NCBI GenBank assembly: GCA_028698975.1 | Contig: JAQVVK010000001.1 | Coordinates: forward strand, 1-35,267 | Source of the DNA: Victivallaceae bacterium | GTDB taxonomy: Bacteria; Verrucomicrobiota; Lentisphaeria; Victivallales; Victivallaceae | DNA length: 35,267 bases | Reading direction: 5' to 3' | Shown: positions 34,777 to 35,267 of the stretch, piece after piece | Layout: every line of letters starts with the position of its first letter | Position numbering within the stretch: position 1 is the first letter of the stretch | Notes under the pieces: model-generated | Told to the model about the DNA's origin: nothing | Database searches by the model: none | Seen by the model: the letters and a program-made list of their open reading frames with translations, nothing else | Position numbers and translations under genes: made by a program

Positions 34777-34805
34777 TTGACTTTTTTGCTTCCGATGCGT
34801 ATAAT
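34777..34805 (+). promoter_or_regulatory. Near-consensus sigma70 promoter
   Basis: TTGACT (34777-34782), 17 bp, TATAAT (34800-34805); A/T tracts upstream (UP-element-like). Confidence 0.75.
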
Positions 34806-34892
34806 AAAATATGTTGCCTATACGTTAATAAGTAAAGATAACGCCATTTTCATAGTTTTGAAAGCGGCTAACAAACCAAGGAGATCCCAGAA

Positions 34893-35267
34893 ATGAAGAA
34901 GCGTTTTACCCTCATCGAGCTCTTGGTCGTGATTGCGATCATCGCAATTCTGGCCGCCATGCTGTTGCCGGCGTTGAACAAGGCCCGCGAAGCAGCCCGC
35001 AAGACCAGCTGCACCAACAACCTCAAGCAGGTGATGCTTGGCGAGACCATGTATGCCGATGAATACAATGGTTCGATGGTCGGTTATTCCCTGAACGGCA
35101 CCTCGGCCGGCGTTGAATATGCCGCCAATTTGCTGACCCATGCTTTCTCGTATGCCCAGAACAACACCACCGGTACTTTCAGCAAGGAAGCCGGCTACAT
35201 CACCTGGGGCAGCATGTCATGCCCGTCTTCGGCCAATGCCAAGACCACGGTGACCTCTTCCGATGGC
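34893..35267 (+). CDS. Prepilin-type N-terminal cleavage/methylation domain protein (PVC-expanded DUF1559-like family), runs off the window
   Basis: Not in the ORF track (no stop inside the window). AAGGAG RBS; MKKR|[42 protein letters not shown]...MYADEYNG...CPS. Confidence 0.9.
   Translation, partial: MKKRFTLIELLVVIAIIAILAAMLLPALNKAREAARKTSCTNNLKQVMLGETMYADEYNGSMVGYSLNGTSAGVEYAANLLTHAFSYAQNNTTGTFSKEAGYITWGSMSCPSSANAKTTVTSSDG

Noticed and set aside
34818-35141. Minus-strand ORFs 34818-35141 and 34868-35068
   Set aside because: Antisense to the clear prepilin-type gene starting at 34893 on the + strand.

Overview
GC-rich, gene-dense bacterial chromosome segment. The [28 protein letters not shown]-type prepilin gene and the gene content suggest a PVC-group organism, most likely Lentisphaerota/Victivallales (inference). 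About 30 CDSs, mostly housekeeping: partial tsaB, lysA, a cupin, a fused ATP-dependent activator/2-hydroxyacyl-CoA-dehydratase-type protein, a SWIM-SNF2 helicase, a Dus-family gene, ruvA, nadC, comM/YifB, a three-repeat helical protein, a PHP hydrolase, mraY, an LpxL-like acyltransferase, a ROK kinase, tolQ/tolR/tolA-like genes, a 1405-aa GH13+GDE debranching enzyme, a MacAB-type ABC exporter, rlmH, mnmA, a MetF-MetV-type fusion, a UPF0104 membrane protein, a two-domain class II aldolase, a RhlB-like DEAD-box helicase, a radical SAM protein and two prepilin-type genes. I saw no rRNA, tRNA, CRISPR array, prophage or transposase. Best oddities: (1) a 165-bp fold-back MITE-like element with terminal inverted repeats, flanked by TAATAA duplications at a stop codon; (2) the activator-dehydratase fusion with an extra CX3CX2CX2C motif; (3) a nuclease-free triple GSW/AAG repeat protein heading the comM unit; (4) a probable premature amber codon in the Dus gene; (5) a MetF-MetV fusion with an altered active-site motif. 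All functional calls come from motif recognition by eye; no database searches were run.
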